From assembly GCA_000320545.1 (NCBI GenBank), contig ADNK01000711.1:1-39763 (forward strand): 39,763 bases of DNA, in the 5' to 3' direction. Within the stretch, counting starts at the first letter, position 1, and each line of letters opens with the position of its first letter. The DNA comes from Bigelowiella natans CCMP2755 (Eukaryota; Protista; Cercozoa). Both the position numbers and the translations under genes were made by a program. This document shows, in pieces, positions 1 through 13,066 of the stretch. The notes beneath the pieces were generated by a model, which saw nothing but the letters and a program-made list of their open reading frames with translations, had not been told where the DNA came from and ran no database searches.

Positions 1-294
1 CCCACCCCCCCCCCCCCCAGGATCAAACCCTGTCCGGTTCCCTCCCCCGAACTGTGCAAATAAATTAGCAACCCCGACCTTCCTCCCCCCTTGTTCGATG
101 AGCTGGGCATGGAGCTCCCACGCTAGGAGGGAGGGCAATTCGCACCAAATGGTGGGCTGGTAATATTGGTGGTACGCCCCCCCCCCCGGGAGAAATTCAA
201 TCAGGGGAGAAGCAAAGACTCCTCCCATTCTTCTTCCTTTCTTCTTTCCTCCCCCCCCCCCCCTCCCCTCTGCGAAAACGACGACGACGAGCAG

Positions 295-600
295 GTCTCC
301 GAGGTCCTCGGGGAGCTGATGGAGGACACCAGCCAGACGGTGCGCGCATCCGTCTCCGCGGCTCTGGGCGAGATCGCAGTGCTGTGCGAGAGCAAGGTCA
401 GGCAGGCCATCTTCGACGTCATGAAGGTGGCTGTGAAAGACGAGGACTCTCTGGTGCGGTGCAACACCCTGGAGTCCATCCAGCACGTGGCGAAGAACGT
501 CAAGAACCCCCCCCCCTCCCTCTTCACGATGCTGCAGCCCTTCGCCTCGGATCCGAAATGGCGCGTCAGACGAGAGTAATATGATATGTGTGTATATGAA

Positions 601-644
<44 letters not shown>

Positions 645-1219
645 TATTTCCGTGAAAGGGTGCGAGACTGTTCTATATTAGGGAAATGGAAACCAATTGC
701 TTTTGTTGTAGTTAGTCGCCGCTCTGGAAGCTGTGATTCTTAATGATCGTTCCCCGTAGCAGTAGTAGTAGTAGTAGCCTCTTAGCGCATGTAGCTGCCT
801 CTGTCTAACCCTCCCCCCACCCCCCCCACCCCCTCCTCCTCTTTATTCCTCCTCCCAGGTATCTTCGGGCCTCAACGGCGTTCTCAGTTGCGAGCTCCAA
901 GACGGAAAGCGACACCTCGTTTGATCAGAAGCTGACGAATAACCTGATCGAGTGCCTCTCCGACCACATCTCCTCCATCCGCGAGGAGGCGTGCGTGCAG
1001 CTGGGCGAGATCGTGGGGATCAAGGGCAGCGAGTGGGGCATCAAAACGCTGCTGCCCGAGGCGCTCAAGTCGGTGTCGCAGTCCGACATGGGCGAGCAGT
1101 CCAACTACATTACTAGAATGACCGGGTAATAATTGTCCTTTTACTAGGGGGGAGGGGGAGGAGGAGGAGTGGGTGTGGTCATTTGCTGTCGTACGTTTCG
1201 TTTCATAGTATGATATATG

Positions 1220-1264
<45 letters not shown>

Positions 1265-1746
1265 GGGTGTAGATAATATGTGAATATCGTCTCTCTTCTC
1301 GCCATATCTCCCCGTCGCATTCTTTCTTCCCCGTTGTCTATTGGCATCATTGACACATTACTGACTTCGACTCCCTCCCACCCTCCGTTTCACCTTCCTC
1401 CCCCCTCCTCCCCCCTCCTCCTCCTCCTCTACCACCGCCTACCGCTGCTGCTGCTGCTGCTACCAGGCTGGTGCTCGTGACAAACGTGAGCAAGCATCTC
1501 TCAGCGGATCAAATCGAGAAGCACGTGGTCGGCTTCGTGGAGCAGTGCCTCAAGGACGTCGTGGAGAACGTCCGTTTCAAGGCGGCGCGGACCTGCGAGG
1601 CCATCCTGCCGCGCACTTCCAAGAAGGTTGTCCGCGAGAGGCTCATCCCCGCGCTGGAGAATGTGCAGAAGGGCGAGCAAGATCAAGACATCCTCTTCTA
1701 CTCCGAGCAGGCGCTTCACCTCGCACGGAGGCACTGCGGGAACTGA
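295..1746 (+). CDS. PPP2R1A: Protein phosphatase 2A scaffold (A/PR65) subunit-like HEAT-repeat protein, 3' part; exons 295-575, 859-1125, 1467-1746 (5' end outside the window or garbled)
   Basis: GT-AG splicing joins ...KDEDSLVRCN...DPKWRVRRE|YL...FDQKLTNNLIECLSDHISSIREEA...NYITRMTG|LVLV...KDVVENVRFKAA...DQDILFYSEQAL. This is collinear with the C-terminal HEAT repeats of PR65/A (KDECPEVRLN, DAKWRVR, FDEKL..WLVDHVYAIREAA, NYLHRMT, DPVANVRFNVA, DQDVDVKYFAQEAL). Confidence 0.88.
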
Positions 1747-1982
1747 GTTGATGACGATGTGATTTTTTTAATTTGTGGGGGAGTGGAGGGGGGCAACGAC
1801 TACTTCTACTACTACTACCGCTACTTTCAACGACGCCTTTCCAGACGCCGCAATCGATCTTCTGTTTTAAAGTTTTGAGTTATCTATCGATTTTTATGGG
1901 TGAAAAGAGGGGGCGAGGAGGTAGAGGGCCGGGGGCGAAAAATTGGATTTCACCTGAATTGGAGAAAGAAATTTTCTTCTTC

Positions 1983-2014
<32 letters not shown>

Positions 2015-2559
2015 ATCACTGTCATTCAATAACCCCTATGTTGTAATTACGGTTCTTCGGCTGAGAAATCTGTACTACAATATACGCGATAAACCACCCA
2101 CTACACAACAGCATATAACACAACAACAACACGCACAAACACACGCACACACACACACACACACACGCGCGCGCGCGGAAAATCCCTAACGGGCGCTCCG
2201 CGAGATATATTTTACATCTTACATATATCATATAATACGTACTGCAATAAAAGCGAGACTAGAATAGCGCCAGCGCCCAATGCCAAAGGGCCCATCGTCT
2301 TACCATCGCTTGCTACTTTAGCTCTATGGTAGTTGTTAGCGGAGTCATCAAAAAGAAGCTGAGACTTCCATCTAGAAAGCACGTCGTCCTCCTCTCTTTA
2401 AGTGAGGTAGGGAGGAGAGAGAGGGAGGGAGAGAGAGAGAGGCCAGCTCTTCTCTAATTTACAATTCCTGCTATGTCGAAGCGTAGAGAGTTATTGGTGA
2501 TCAACATTGCGAGCAGAGCGAGTAGCATCAGTCCAGAATTGTTACTTCTTGTCTGCATT

Positions 2560-3330
2560 GCTTGCCTATGTGTGGCGCATGCTAGCGTGGCATGCGCGTG
2601 CGTGCGCTCAAGCATTTTTTGAGCACTCAAGTGCTGCACTAGCTAGTAGCTAGCTAGCCGGGCATTTGGCGCGCAAAGGTGCATTTTGAGACCTCCTGTT
2701 AGACCTGATGAGGACCTACACCTCCAGCACATGCTGTTAGACGACCAGCTTGCGGCCCCCGCTGCGTATGTGGCAGCAGCTAGCCCGCCCCTCGATCGAT
2801 CACATATGCACTTTTTTATTTTTCTGGACAAATCACACAGCTAGACAGTTTAGGCGTCATTGCATCATGCGCATTAGCACATAGCTAGCTAGCCTAGCCA
2901 TGAATCAATCTAGCAATTCAGTAATGTCCGATATAGGTCTAGGTCGAATGCTAGAATGTGCACGTGCAAAAAGCATGGCTTGATGGACAAGCAGCAGCTA
3001 CAATCATCTAGTCATAGCTCGAGAGCTAGGCTAGTAGGGCCTCTGTACTATAGTGTAGTCTAGCAGTGTCGCAATTTGCATGCTCATCATGCATGCATCG
3101 CTAGATCGGCTACGCGTAACAACGATGCGCATGCACTGCGATCTATCTAGTAGAGATGCGCAGCATGATAATGTACGTCTACTAGATGTCTAGACATGCA
3201 TACACACGCATACATGAGACTAGCTACGCTTGGTATTTGTTAAAAGTGAATAAGGCGTGCGCGCACGTAGATGCTACTGCGCATCTGAACATCCGCGCAG
3301 GCACTCCTGCATGCTTTTCACAGCTAGCAT
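2560..3330. other. CTAG/TGCA/CATG-rich intergenic island (partial TpA loss) between convergent PP2A-A and TFB4
   Basis: Dense CTAG, GCTAGC and ATGCAT words; some TAC/TAT remain. Confidence 0.65.
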
Positions 3331-3334
3331 TTCC

Positions 3335-3451
3335 TCATCTTCGTCCTCCATTCTGGTCCTTCGCATCCATCATCTGCTTCCTCTTTCTTCTACCACCATC
3401 ATTCCGTCCTAGATCAAACTCGGTTGAGCATCTGGAGAGGGGGGGAGGAGC

Positions 3452-3496
<45 letters not shown>

Positions 3497-4450
3497 GTGG
3501 ATTATGAGAGTGTGCATGAAGTACCCTTCCCTACCACGGTCAGAGCTCATAGCCAAAAATGCCAAAAGGAGAGCGCATTTGAAAATGGAATATCTACTAC
3601 ATTTCGCAGGTCTTCCTCGCACTACAGAAGATGGCCAAGCACACTGGACAAACCCTTTTGAAGAAACAAACAAACCAAACCAAAAAATTATCATTCAGAA
3701 AAAAAAAAAAAAGAGAGAATGTCGAAGCGATGAAAGCGATGCTGCCGCTGCTCATGGCAATGTTATCTCCAAAAGAAGACGACAAGCAAACACAACCAGC
3801 CGGTGTCTTGAGGCTTGTTATGGCAGAAGCAATTCGCCCTAATTTCGTAGCAGCAACCACAGTCACAGGTGAGGGCTAATGATGCACACATCGAAAGGAG
3901 GAGGAAGAGGAGGAAGGGGGGGGGGGAGGGAGAAGGAGGCGTGGTACAGTACCTATAGTCCACTTCCGTCGGTTTCGGCATGATCTTGTCGCAACACACA
4001 CAATAATAACGCATACAAACACAGGCTCATCAAAAGCACCAGAGGAGAGAGAAGCCAAAAAAAACCCAACGCCAATGTAGACAGAGGCAGCTCTTCCAAA
4101 TACATATATATATATATATATTAAAATTTCACAGAGATGATACGGTATAGAATATCATTCGTCGTGATTTCGACGGTGCTGTGCGCGCACGCGTACGCAC
4201 GTGGTCGCTATCAATGCTGCATTGAGGCTAAGCGACGAAAAATACCAGTGTGCTGTCTCGCAGGTCCCCGTCCGGCATGTACCATTGCATCTAAGGCAGA
4301 GAGATTTCATTCATTTCTTTACGAATGTGTGTATCTAATGTGCATCGTGGTTATGACGCAGATCGCTCCACACACACACACGCAAACACATAAACTAACG
4401 TACATTCCTAGCAGGATGTAGGTGTGTTTTTAATATAGTAGATATATGTA

Positions 4451-4528
<78 letters not shown>

Positions 4529-5064
4529 TCCAAAACCATGAGTTGAAGCAGGCCTGCCAAATTATCAGGACGCTTATATACACCCTTCGTCAAATCCTTA
4601 AGCGAAAAACAACAACGACAGCAGCAGCAGCAGCAACAACACAACAACAATAACAAAGCCATGCTATGTTCAGTCGAGGGGGGAGAGAATGGAGAGACCG
4701 TGGAGAGATACGCGACAACGACGCTTCCCACACATAATAAATAGCAATAATCTATGATATTCATGAAGGAATAAAGTCGAAGAAAGGCGGCTGGGCTGCT
4801 GAACACACCGAGGCTTGCTGAAGAAACGAGTGGTCCTTCCCCAGCATCGGCATTACAAGGGAGTCGATCTGTACCCCTGTCGGTTGATAATATAAAACGA
4901 TGTCAAATAATGAGTTGCCGTGACTGTCCGCATCATCGTTATGACTCTTCGCCTTCAGTCTCTCCTATCTCTCGCATTGCTACTACTAGTACTGCAACTG
5001 CTGGTGGATACCCATGTTCCGTGCCGAGAAGATCGCATTCATAATCGGCACGTAGTCGTCATTG

Positions 5065-5105
<41 letters not shown>

Positions 5106-5322
5106 ATGACAAGGACAAGGATGTTGTTTTTGTGTGTGTGTGAGAGAGAGGGGGTGGGTTTAATACATACTGCGAATATAGCAAGCCTGCTTATTGATGC
5201 ATGTGTTGCGAAAAGAAGACAATGGCCACCAACCCATGCTGCCACACGTGTCGATGACCATAATCCTAGATTGAAGAAACCGACCCTTTTTTTCATACTA
5301 CGAAGGATAACAAGCAATAACA

Positions 5323-5353
<31 letters not shown>

Positions 5354-6022
5354 GAGAGGAGGCGAGAAGAACACCACTTTCAGCGTTGATGAGCTTTTTC
5401 AACACGGATATGATACTCTGCAAGCCTCTACTTCCACCTACCTCTCGTTTGACGTGTCTGGCATAGCAAAGAGCTCTAGAGAGAGAAGCAGCCAACCGCG
5501 ACTTCCTGCACACGTACACACACACACACACACACAAATAACGGTTACGGGATGTGAGTTTATGGTGCCGGGCGTTGTTTCGTGCTTCTTTTGAGCGCTC
5601 GGCATGGAGAGAAATTGAGAGCTTTGCTACGACGGAAGAAGAGGGGGAAGAACCGTTTGAACGATATATCACCATACTATCACATTATCGTCCACACTTT
5701 GGATTTCCGCTCGGTGGGGGTATTTTCGCCAAAGCGGCAAGCTCCTGCACAATCACCCCTGAGAAAGGAAGGAGAGGGGGGCATGATCTCCAATAATCAA
5801 CGGCATTGTCCTTTTCCATCGAAAGTAAGTGGTGGTACTCATCGGATTCGCTAGGTGTGCCAGCTCTGCTTTGAGCTCCTTTCGTCGCAATTTGCGACTC
5901 TGAAGTAGTGAGTTGCAGTCGTTATGAAGGATGATGTTGTGCTGGTGGGTGGTGATAATAATGGTGAGGCCAACACACAAACGAAACGTGCCTTCATATT
6001 GTATTGTTGAATCAATTGAGTA

Positions 6023-6072
<50 letters not shown>

Positions 6073-7195
6073 TATCTAAATATATAATATGTTTGAATGT
6101 CCGTATTATGTTTTTATATGTACACTAGTAGCATGATATACAAATAAGAAACACACCTTTTCCGCCTCGTCGCCGGTTTTATTCTTCTTGGCAGCTGCAC
6201 AAACATTGTTAAGATACTGATATGCACAATAGAGCAGTTGCACACGCGTGCGAGAGTAACGCGTATGGCCCGACACAATACAGAGCATCTAGACCCCCCC
6301 CCCAAACTGACCGAGCTCCTTGATTTCCTGCTCCATCTTCGCTTTCAGGCAGGGGGAAGCTGGGAAGATCATCTTGGACTGTGGTGAGGTCATAAAGCCA
6401 TGGCATCATAGGTCATTCCAATCCATGCTCATTATCGCAGAATTAAAATAGCGAAAATGTGTAAGATTTGTGGATGGATGTGAAGAGAAAACGCCGATAT
6501 ATGTCGCGGGCGCGGTCACTAGCTTCACACCCATCGACACCGTGTTGCCACATTCTTCCATTCATAATGATTGAAGTAAATATGCATATTTCTTGGATGA
6601 AAGGGTGGCGAAAATTAAGTTCCATCTTCCGGTCGATGAATATGACTGCTGCACCTTCGCAGGATGGCTGGCAATGACCGCGATTTGATTCGAATGGTGT
6701 TGCAGCAGTATCGAGTTCAGGAACATCTGCAGAGGGAGGGGGGGGAGGGAACGAACATTTCCTAAGCAATGGCTTCACCAAGCTACAAAGAAGCAAAAGT
6801 TGATGTATATGAAAAGTAGTGGCGGCCATTTCGCTTGTTCTCGCACCAAGGTCTGCTGAAGAATGCCATCAAACTCCGCAGGCTTCATCTGCGCCCTGTG
6901 GAGCATGAGGGAGGGAGGACCTTGGTTATCGAATGGGTCGCAACAAACGGATTGATAATTCGAAGATAATTACCAGACGATCGGGTTGGAGTCGAAAATA
7001 AGCACTAGAAGAACCTGAGTAAACGTGCAGTTTCAGCTGATAGCAAATCGGTGCGAAGGATTTTCAGGGAGGCGGGGAGGGGGGGGGGGGGAGTTTGGGG
7101 AGGATTTTCTCGTAATCGACCGGTTTGTTCACAAGTCCGAGCATCTTGTTATCTGCCAGCCCGCTGGCCTCATCTCCTGGATCCCAGGAAGACAT
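3335..7195 (-). CDS. GTF2H3: TFIIH subunit p34/Tfb4 (vWA domain + C-terminal zinc finger), about 17 small exons
   Basis: Minus-strand GT-AG exons splice in frame: MSSWDPG...|VLLVLIFDSNPIVW|...QQTL|MFLNSILLQHHSNQIAVIASHPAK|SKMIFP...|SRLAASLSRALCY|...SRIMVIDT|C..DYVPIMNAIFSARNM|GVQIDS...SFLQQAS|DLTKGVY...LLQLM|MQWYMPD...|IMPKPTEVDYR|ANCFCHNKPQDTGW|VCPVCLAIFCSARKTCEI|CSTEF...stop. This matches the Tfb4/GTF2H3 motifs LLVIVVDANP, NKLAVIASH, LAGSLAKALCY, FLQQA.DITGG.Y, VDYRAACFCH and YVCSVCLSIFC. Confidence 0.93.
4453..4524. repeat. Compound (CA)n(TA)n microsatellite in a TFB4 intron
   Basis: Direct reading. Confidence 0.9.
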
Positions 7196-7431
7196 GGGGG
7201 TGGCGAGAAAGGGCAGCTTCAGGGCTGCCTTTCCGTACGGAATATAAAAATTTAGGACAATATTTACAGCCTAAAACATGTAAATTATAAAATCAATACC
7301 ATTTTTTCTAAAAATAATAACGTGCTTATGAGTTTTCACTCGTTCGAAATAATAGTAGATAAAATCGGGTTACACTGTTGTCCAAATTAACATAAAAACC
7401 ATACCTCCGAAGAGAGAGTCGCGTACCCTCT

Positions 7432-8022
7432 ATGGAGGATGTTGTGAAGATAAGAGAGAAGGCCGTGCAGCCTGCCAAGGTGCATGCACATGAATTAGCT
7501 TTCCATTCTATTTTAGCTGAATTGTTTGCTAGTTGATACGCGCACTCTGGTTTGCATAGTTTTAGCACGGCACAGTAACTCAAATGGTGCGTGCCGCGCA
7601 TGTTTCAGTGACCTGAATGAAGACCATATCGAGCTCTCCCAATCATCATGACCTTTATTCAATTTTTGCTGCGGGCTGTTAGTTTGTATAGAAATGTAAT
7701 CGAATGCACATGCGACGCATGCTCAATAACCACTAACAGGCTTCCGCCCTCCTCGCCAAGTTTATCAAGAAGCAAGAAAAAATTCGTTCGAGAGAAATCC
7801 AGGTATGATGACAAATCTCGAAACGATGATAGCTATTGAAACTAAACTGCACGAACTGAGGAGGAATAAAATAGAGATTGAAAATAGAAAGTTGATCAGT
7901 AATCTTGAAATTTATGGTAGGAGGGTCAATTCACAGTCGGAATCAGTGACGACCTCATGGGGCAGCTACTGTTGCTCAAGCAATCTATCGACTCATCTCA
8001 GAAAACCGAACCACAGAGCTAA
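7432..8022 (+). CDS. Small 70-aa protein, possibly RNA polymerase I subunit A14-like; exons 7432-7479, 7740-7802, 7921-8022
   Basis: Three phase-0 GT-AG exons give MEDVVKIREKAVQPAK|ASALLAKFIKKQEKIRSREIQ|EGQFTVGISDDLMGQLLLLKQSIDSSQKTEPQS*. It is divergent from TFB4 (236 bp between ATGs). The pattern V.I....V......L..FI...E ... QL..+...+ resembles yeast Rpa14 by eye only. Confidence 0.5.
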
Positions 8023-8406
8023 GCTTAAAAGAGAATTCACGTTTTGCATGGAGTGCAAATACAAAAAGTCAACGCAGAAACGATATACTTCTCGAGGAAG
8101 ACCTACTTTGTCTCCAACATGCATCAAGCACTGCTGCACGAGGATTGCAGCTGCAAAGCGGGAATGAGCACCTGGATCTATGTGGTGCCCTGTTTCCTAA
8201 AAAATATGACAACTTTATCATAAAAAACGTGAAGTGCATTCCATGCTTTCTGATGAGGCATCGATCTAGCAATGTGGTATCATGCTTTAAATTTCGTCAT
8301 GGAAATTTTATAGGATTGCAGTTGCATCATGCACTTACCTAATTGCAGTTTCTTCTCGTGTTTTGTGCGCGCAGCCTCATTGTCAAATGGTCATAGCTAT
8401 AGATAG

Positions 8407-9417
8407 TCACCAATCTAGCAATGCATCAGGGCGAACAACACGGGCTAGCGGGGCCTAGATGAGTGCTGATGTGTGGGTTTAAAGCAAACCATGTTGCATT
8501 TGTGATCAATGCTAGCAATTGTCCGCTCGAGCACAAATCACAGTGTTAAGTGCATGAGTCTGCACGTCGTCACGCACACGTTCATTTTCTGAATCTGCAC
8601 GAACTGTGCAGTGCTAGAGTGTGCTTGCTGGCTAGCTAGAGCGCTAGAGCACTTTTCTGCAAAATGCGAGCATTCTCCAAGCAAGCAAACACACGTTTCG
8701 ATCTGGTTTTGAAATCCAGTCGTCTGTCATCATGCTGGCATGCACCAGTGCACAGCACACAAAGCTGGAAAGATCGCAGCCGGCACACAACTAGACAAGC
8801 TAGCAAGTCATGACAGTCCAAACATCGTGTGCTGCAGTTCTCTAGTTCTCAACGACTAATCACAAATTCGTCGTGCAATGCAGTGTCACGTGCTCTGGGT
8901 GCAGTCAATTCAGTCTAGCAGTGTGAGAGCTAGAGAGTGCCAGTTTGCCAGAGCACCGCAGAGCCAGAGAGTGCCAGAGTGGCCGGCGCATCAGAGGTGC
9001 CTCACGTCAAGACACATGGCAATGATTAAACACATGCGGTGGTGCGACGTGCAGTGATTCAACAATGACATTGCGTGCAGTGTGCGAGTGATTTGTGACG
9101 CCACGATGTGCCCCACGCCATGTGCGCCACCACCAATCTTGCATTGTGGCTTGAAGATCGTTCATGCACCCGAACTTTCCCTCGCTTTCTCAATGCAAAG
9201 ACGCTCCCATTTTCTTGCAGATGTTTCCAATTTAGCAGCCCTGCTTGCATCCTTCCCCAACAGTCGCCAAGAAAAATTGAGGGGTTCTGAATCCACGCAA
9301 TCGATGGATGAACAAAGGCGGCTGGCAGGATCAGATGCACACACATTCCTCACTGATGGGTCTCGTCGCAGGGTGAAAAGCAAGTCCGTTTTGATCTCTC
9401 ACAAAATTGTCAAACCC
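8407..9417. other. TpA-restricted island: all TpA in YTAR context
   Basis: Manual scan: 18 TpA in ~1010 bp (13 CTAG, 3 TTAA, 1 CTAA, 1 TTAG); no TAC, TAT, GTA or ATA. Confidence 0.85.
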
Positions 9418-9479
9418 ATATTGTTTCAGTAATGCGACAAAGAATCTGGGTCGAGATCCTTCAGAACAGGCATCGTGCA

Positions 9480-12081
9480 ATGGGCGATCGCAAAAAGCCC
9501 CTCAAGGAGCCATTGGTGTATGCAAACTGGACCGACCCGGTTTTGTATATTGATTAGAAGGCTGCACATTCTTTATTATATTAGCTTCCGATTCTAAATT
9601 CAATGAATTAATACATTACTGCCCCATTTCTTGAACGAAACTTAGCTGCTGTCCGTTTTGTGTCTCTGGGCATTTGAGAATGATTGATTTGCGCTAATGT
9701 GACTAATTAGGGACAATCAAACATTCCTGATGGATTTGAACGTATCCCTTCAAAGGTCTAACAGTATTTTTATATGAACGTAATATTTCTTTAGAGAGCA
9801 TGTCAACGTATTCCCATGAGATAATTGAAAGTGATGTTAACCTCAGAAGTATGGTGTATTAACATTTTAGTCTCCGAGTCATAGTGGATCGGTGTTCTCA
9901 GGCCTTTCGGCCGCTGGGATACGATTGTGCTCGTTTATGATCACTAGACTTCAAATGGTGATCACGAAGGCTGAAACACTATCACCACATTGAGACTTTG
10001 AATATGATTAGGCATACGGGAGTTTTCTTATTACTATGATAACGATCGATGCTTTACTTTCCTGGTTTGTACGTTTGCACATCGAACATGAAGGAGACCT
10101 GATTCAGCTTAGTATTATACACTTTAAATAAAAATGTAGGCTTGTGGAGTATTCTGATGTAGATGGGAATCAGGAAAGATCCTTGGTATAATTTATGGTG
10201 TTATATGTTTATCTGATCGTTGTGCTAAAGTTAATTTGGAATGAAGTGTAACTATTTTATTGCACGAATTCTTAATCTTTGTGAATTGAACCTAATAGAT
10301 GTATTTACTTAGTTCCGAATAATTTTGTATCAGAACCTCGTAGCCTTAATTCTTGTTGACGTTTTAACGTACATTTGGATCGTCGTATATGTAACTACTG
10401 GAATTCAAAATGAGGTAATACCAGAAACCAGAAACAACAAATTTGCTTAGGTATTTATATTGATTGGGAATTTCAATTACCCACTTTTCAAATTGCTAGT
10501 ATCAATTTCTTATTTAGCCATTCGCCAACTAATGGTAGTCATTTCTTTTTTCAGAATGTTGCGAAACTAGTAATCGCCGTTATTTGCTTTGTTATCCACT
10601 GGTTCTCGAATGTAGTAGGGTAATGACACGGAGATTTTTCGTTGTGCATGTTTATCTAACAATTAGAAACAGGTATCTCTTTGACAATTCATGCCCAGTA
10701 CGAGGGGAAGTCTGCGTATCCATCATTTTACTTGGAACGGTTCAGAAAGTTTCCGACAAAAAATTCTATGTTTTAATGTATGATCTAGTGAAAATGTATA
10801 TCTTTAGGTGATGACGCCGGGTTTGATATACATTTCGTATCGAGAGATAAAAAGCATGGGATGGAAATCATTTCTATCTTTGGGTGAATCAGACTTCCAA
10901 TTGAACTGGTTCTTTTTGTCAATTTCAAGTTGTTTGATTAGGCGCAAGCATGCATGCTAGGAGGCTACTTACGTCATACCAAACATATGTGGCAGGTACA
11001 TCCAATTTTGTTTTTAAATTTATCGTTGTAAATGAGGTTTTTGTAAATTGAAAATGTAGCCGTTCAGCTTTACGTGTTACAATCAGTAACGCTCGCATTT
11101 CTTTCAGTGGTAGTACAGCTATTGTGAGATTGTTGAATATTTTGTAATGCGAGTACTGATAAGATGAATATCAATGTGTTTAGCTTGCTTTGTGCCATAC
11201 TAAATTTACCGAAAGAGCTATGGATGTGACGGTATGTTGAAGAGAGAAAAATAGTTGTCTTCATCCTCTATATTCTCAATTGGTACTTTCTATTTGCAAA
11301 TCATGCTCAGATTTAACACTTCTCTAGATAGTATAAATTACCTCTCATTGTATAGATCTATGGGATTACACTGGCATCTAGTGTGATAGTTTCAGTCATT
11401 GATATTCTCTCAATCAAGGTCCAAGATTAAGTCACTATTTTACATAAAATCCTTATACATTTTATGGCAGGCAATACGCCAACATTACTCGAATTGGCTC
11501 CTTGTATCTTTGATATTCGCATCTGCTATAAGTTTTGGAGTTACTATTGTAGTCTCTCTATTTCTGGTATATGACTGTTTGATTGAAAGGGTTCTACAGA
11601 TGTCAAACTCAATCTTAAAAAATAGGGTGTTCAAAGTCAAAGTGCAGAATATGTTGATTATAGCTTAACTGAAACGGTATGAAGGCATGAAAGACTTTTA
11701 ATCTAAAAATCATATAATTAAAACTCTAATTATCCTGAATCGCTGAAATGTATTCAGGTTTGGGAACAAGCAGTTGCCAGATGTCTTGTTGTTGGCTGCG
11801 GTATGCATTTATACTGGCATTCAGATCGGCCAATACTCCATTCGGTTGTTGAAACATTTATTCCCTGCATTGGCGAGTTTTCCTATAATGCAATTGTCAT
11901 AATTCTTATTCCGAATGGAATGTTGCAGATTCTTGTACAGTTTGACGGGTGGGGGGAACGCATCCAATCAATAATATCTGAAGAATCGATACTACCTCCT
12001 CGTTCATCGGATGCATCTATCATTGGCAGGGGATCTTTGACTTCCTCTTCAGCTGATGTCAGACATTTCATAGATCCTTAA
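9480..12081 (+). CDS. Probable intron-dense gene of unknown function with many very short exons and hydrophobic segments; exon chain not resolved
   Basis: Dense succession of YAG|...|GT-bounded 15-60-nt open segments (MGDRKKPLKEPL, GQSNIPDGFERIPSK, AYGSFLITMITIDALLS, NLVALILVDVL, SDRPILHSVVETFIPC) and a terminal exon ILVQFDGWGERIQS...RHFIDP* ending at 12081. I recognise no family motif and could not make all phases consistent. Confidence 0.35.
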
Positions 12082-12199
12082 GGTTTTCATGATATGAAGA
12101 ATATAATTCAAGCTTGGGATATGTTAATGTCAATCTTTTTAAAACAGCAACGATTACCATGGCAGCTCGAACGTGCGATTATGCATGAGAACGTACCAG

Positions 12200-12740
12200 G
12201 CTAGCATGCACCTGTCGATCTAGATGTAGTTACAATATGAAATAGTGAATGCTGCAGGCGCGGTGTGTGTATGCTAGCATGGCTATCGTTCAGTTGATTT
12301 GTTCAAACATCGCTGAAACTACGACTAGACTAGACTAGCTCTAGGTCTAACACGCGTTTGTGCCACTATGTTTGACCTTGATTGATGTGTCTGTCCATCG
12401 ACGCGAGCGAGTCACAAGCCTCAATTAGATGTGTACACACGTTACTAGGCTTCATTGCTTGTTAGCTTGTCGCGCGCAATGACCTTGCTAGCTTGCTAGC
12501 TTGTTGTTGCAAACTAGCAAACGCTAGGGGGAATATTTGAGTTTCGATGTTTGTCCCGGCTACCTAGCTACGACAATCAATGCTAGACTGGGAGGTCTAG
12601 ATCTACGCGCGCATCTACATAGTAGCAAGCGTTCACATTTCAGATGAGTGAGAGCACTACGTAGTGGTCGATCAATGTCGCACATGCAGCATGCTAGCTA
12701 GCTAGCATGGCTATGTGGCCAGTCTAGCAGTGCATGCAGC
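12200..12740. other. CTAG-rich intergenic island (partial TpA loss) between convergent genes
   Basis: Many CTAG/GCTAGC words, including CTAGACTAGACTAG and GCTTGCTAGCTTGCTAGC; some TAY remain. Confidence 0.65.
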
Positions 12741-13066
12741 CGGTTCATGTTTGGCCATATGACTGCCATCTAAAATGTATAACAATACGATACGCATGCT
12801 TAGAAGAAAACTTTAACGAAACGAATTATACTGTCATTTCTTTGATGCAACTTCTTCGATTTTGGCTGAGCGGCATAGCAACACATGCATCACTTAAAGA
12901 ATATGATGCACCCAGTACATAAAATTGAGGCGGGGGTGATACGCGTTCGGACTCGGTCTAGTAGCTTGTATGTAAAGTTTTTATTTTTTCGGCTTGCGTA
13001 CACTAACCTCTTCGAAGAGGTACACGGCAGATTGGAGGGGATATATATGAGATACTTTGTTACTTT

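Noticed and set aside
1-165. Possible upstream PP2A-A exon (AG at 19-20, GT at ~160)
   Set aside because: I could not read a convincing HEAT-like frame; embedded in poly-C runs, possibly low-quality sequence at the window edge.
1773-2231. ORFs with poly-I/poly-L and HT or CV repeats (also the many YIYI, CVCV and ERER ORFs across the window)
   Set aside because: Translations of microsatellites in UTRs and introns.
8407-9417. Explaining the islands by 5mCpG decay or fungal-type RIP
   Set aside because: CpG is still common in the islands, and RIP would enrich TpA rather than remove it. Neither predicts selective loss of TAY/RTA.
9795-9850. SMSTYSHEIIESDV resembling a CLC channel N-terminus
   Set aside because: I found no downstream CLC signatures (GSGIPE, GKEGP).
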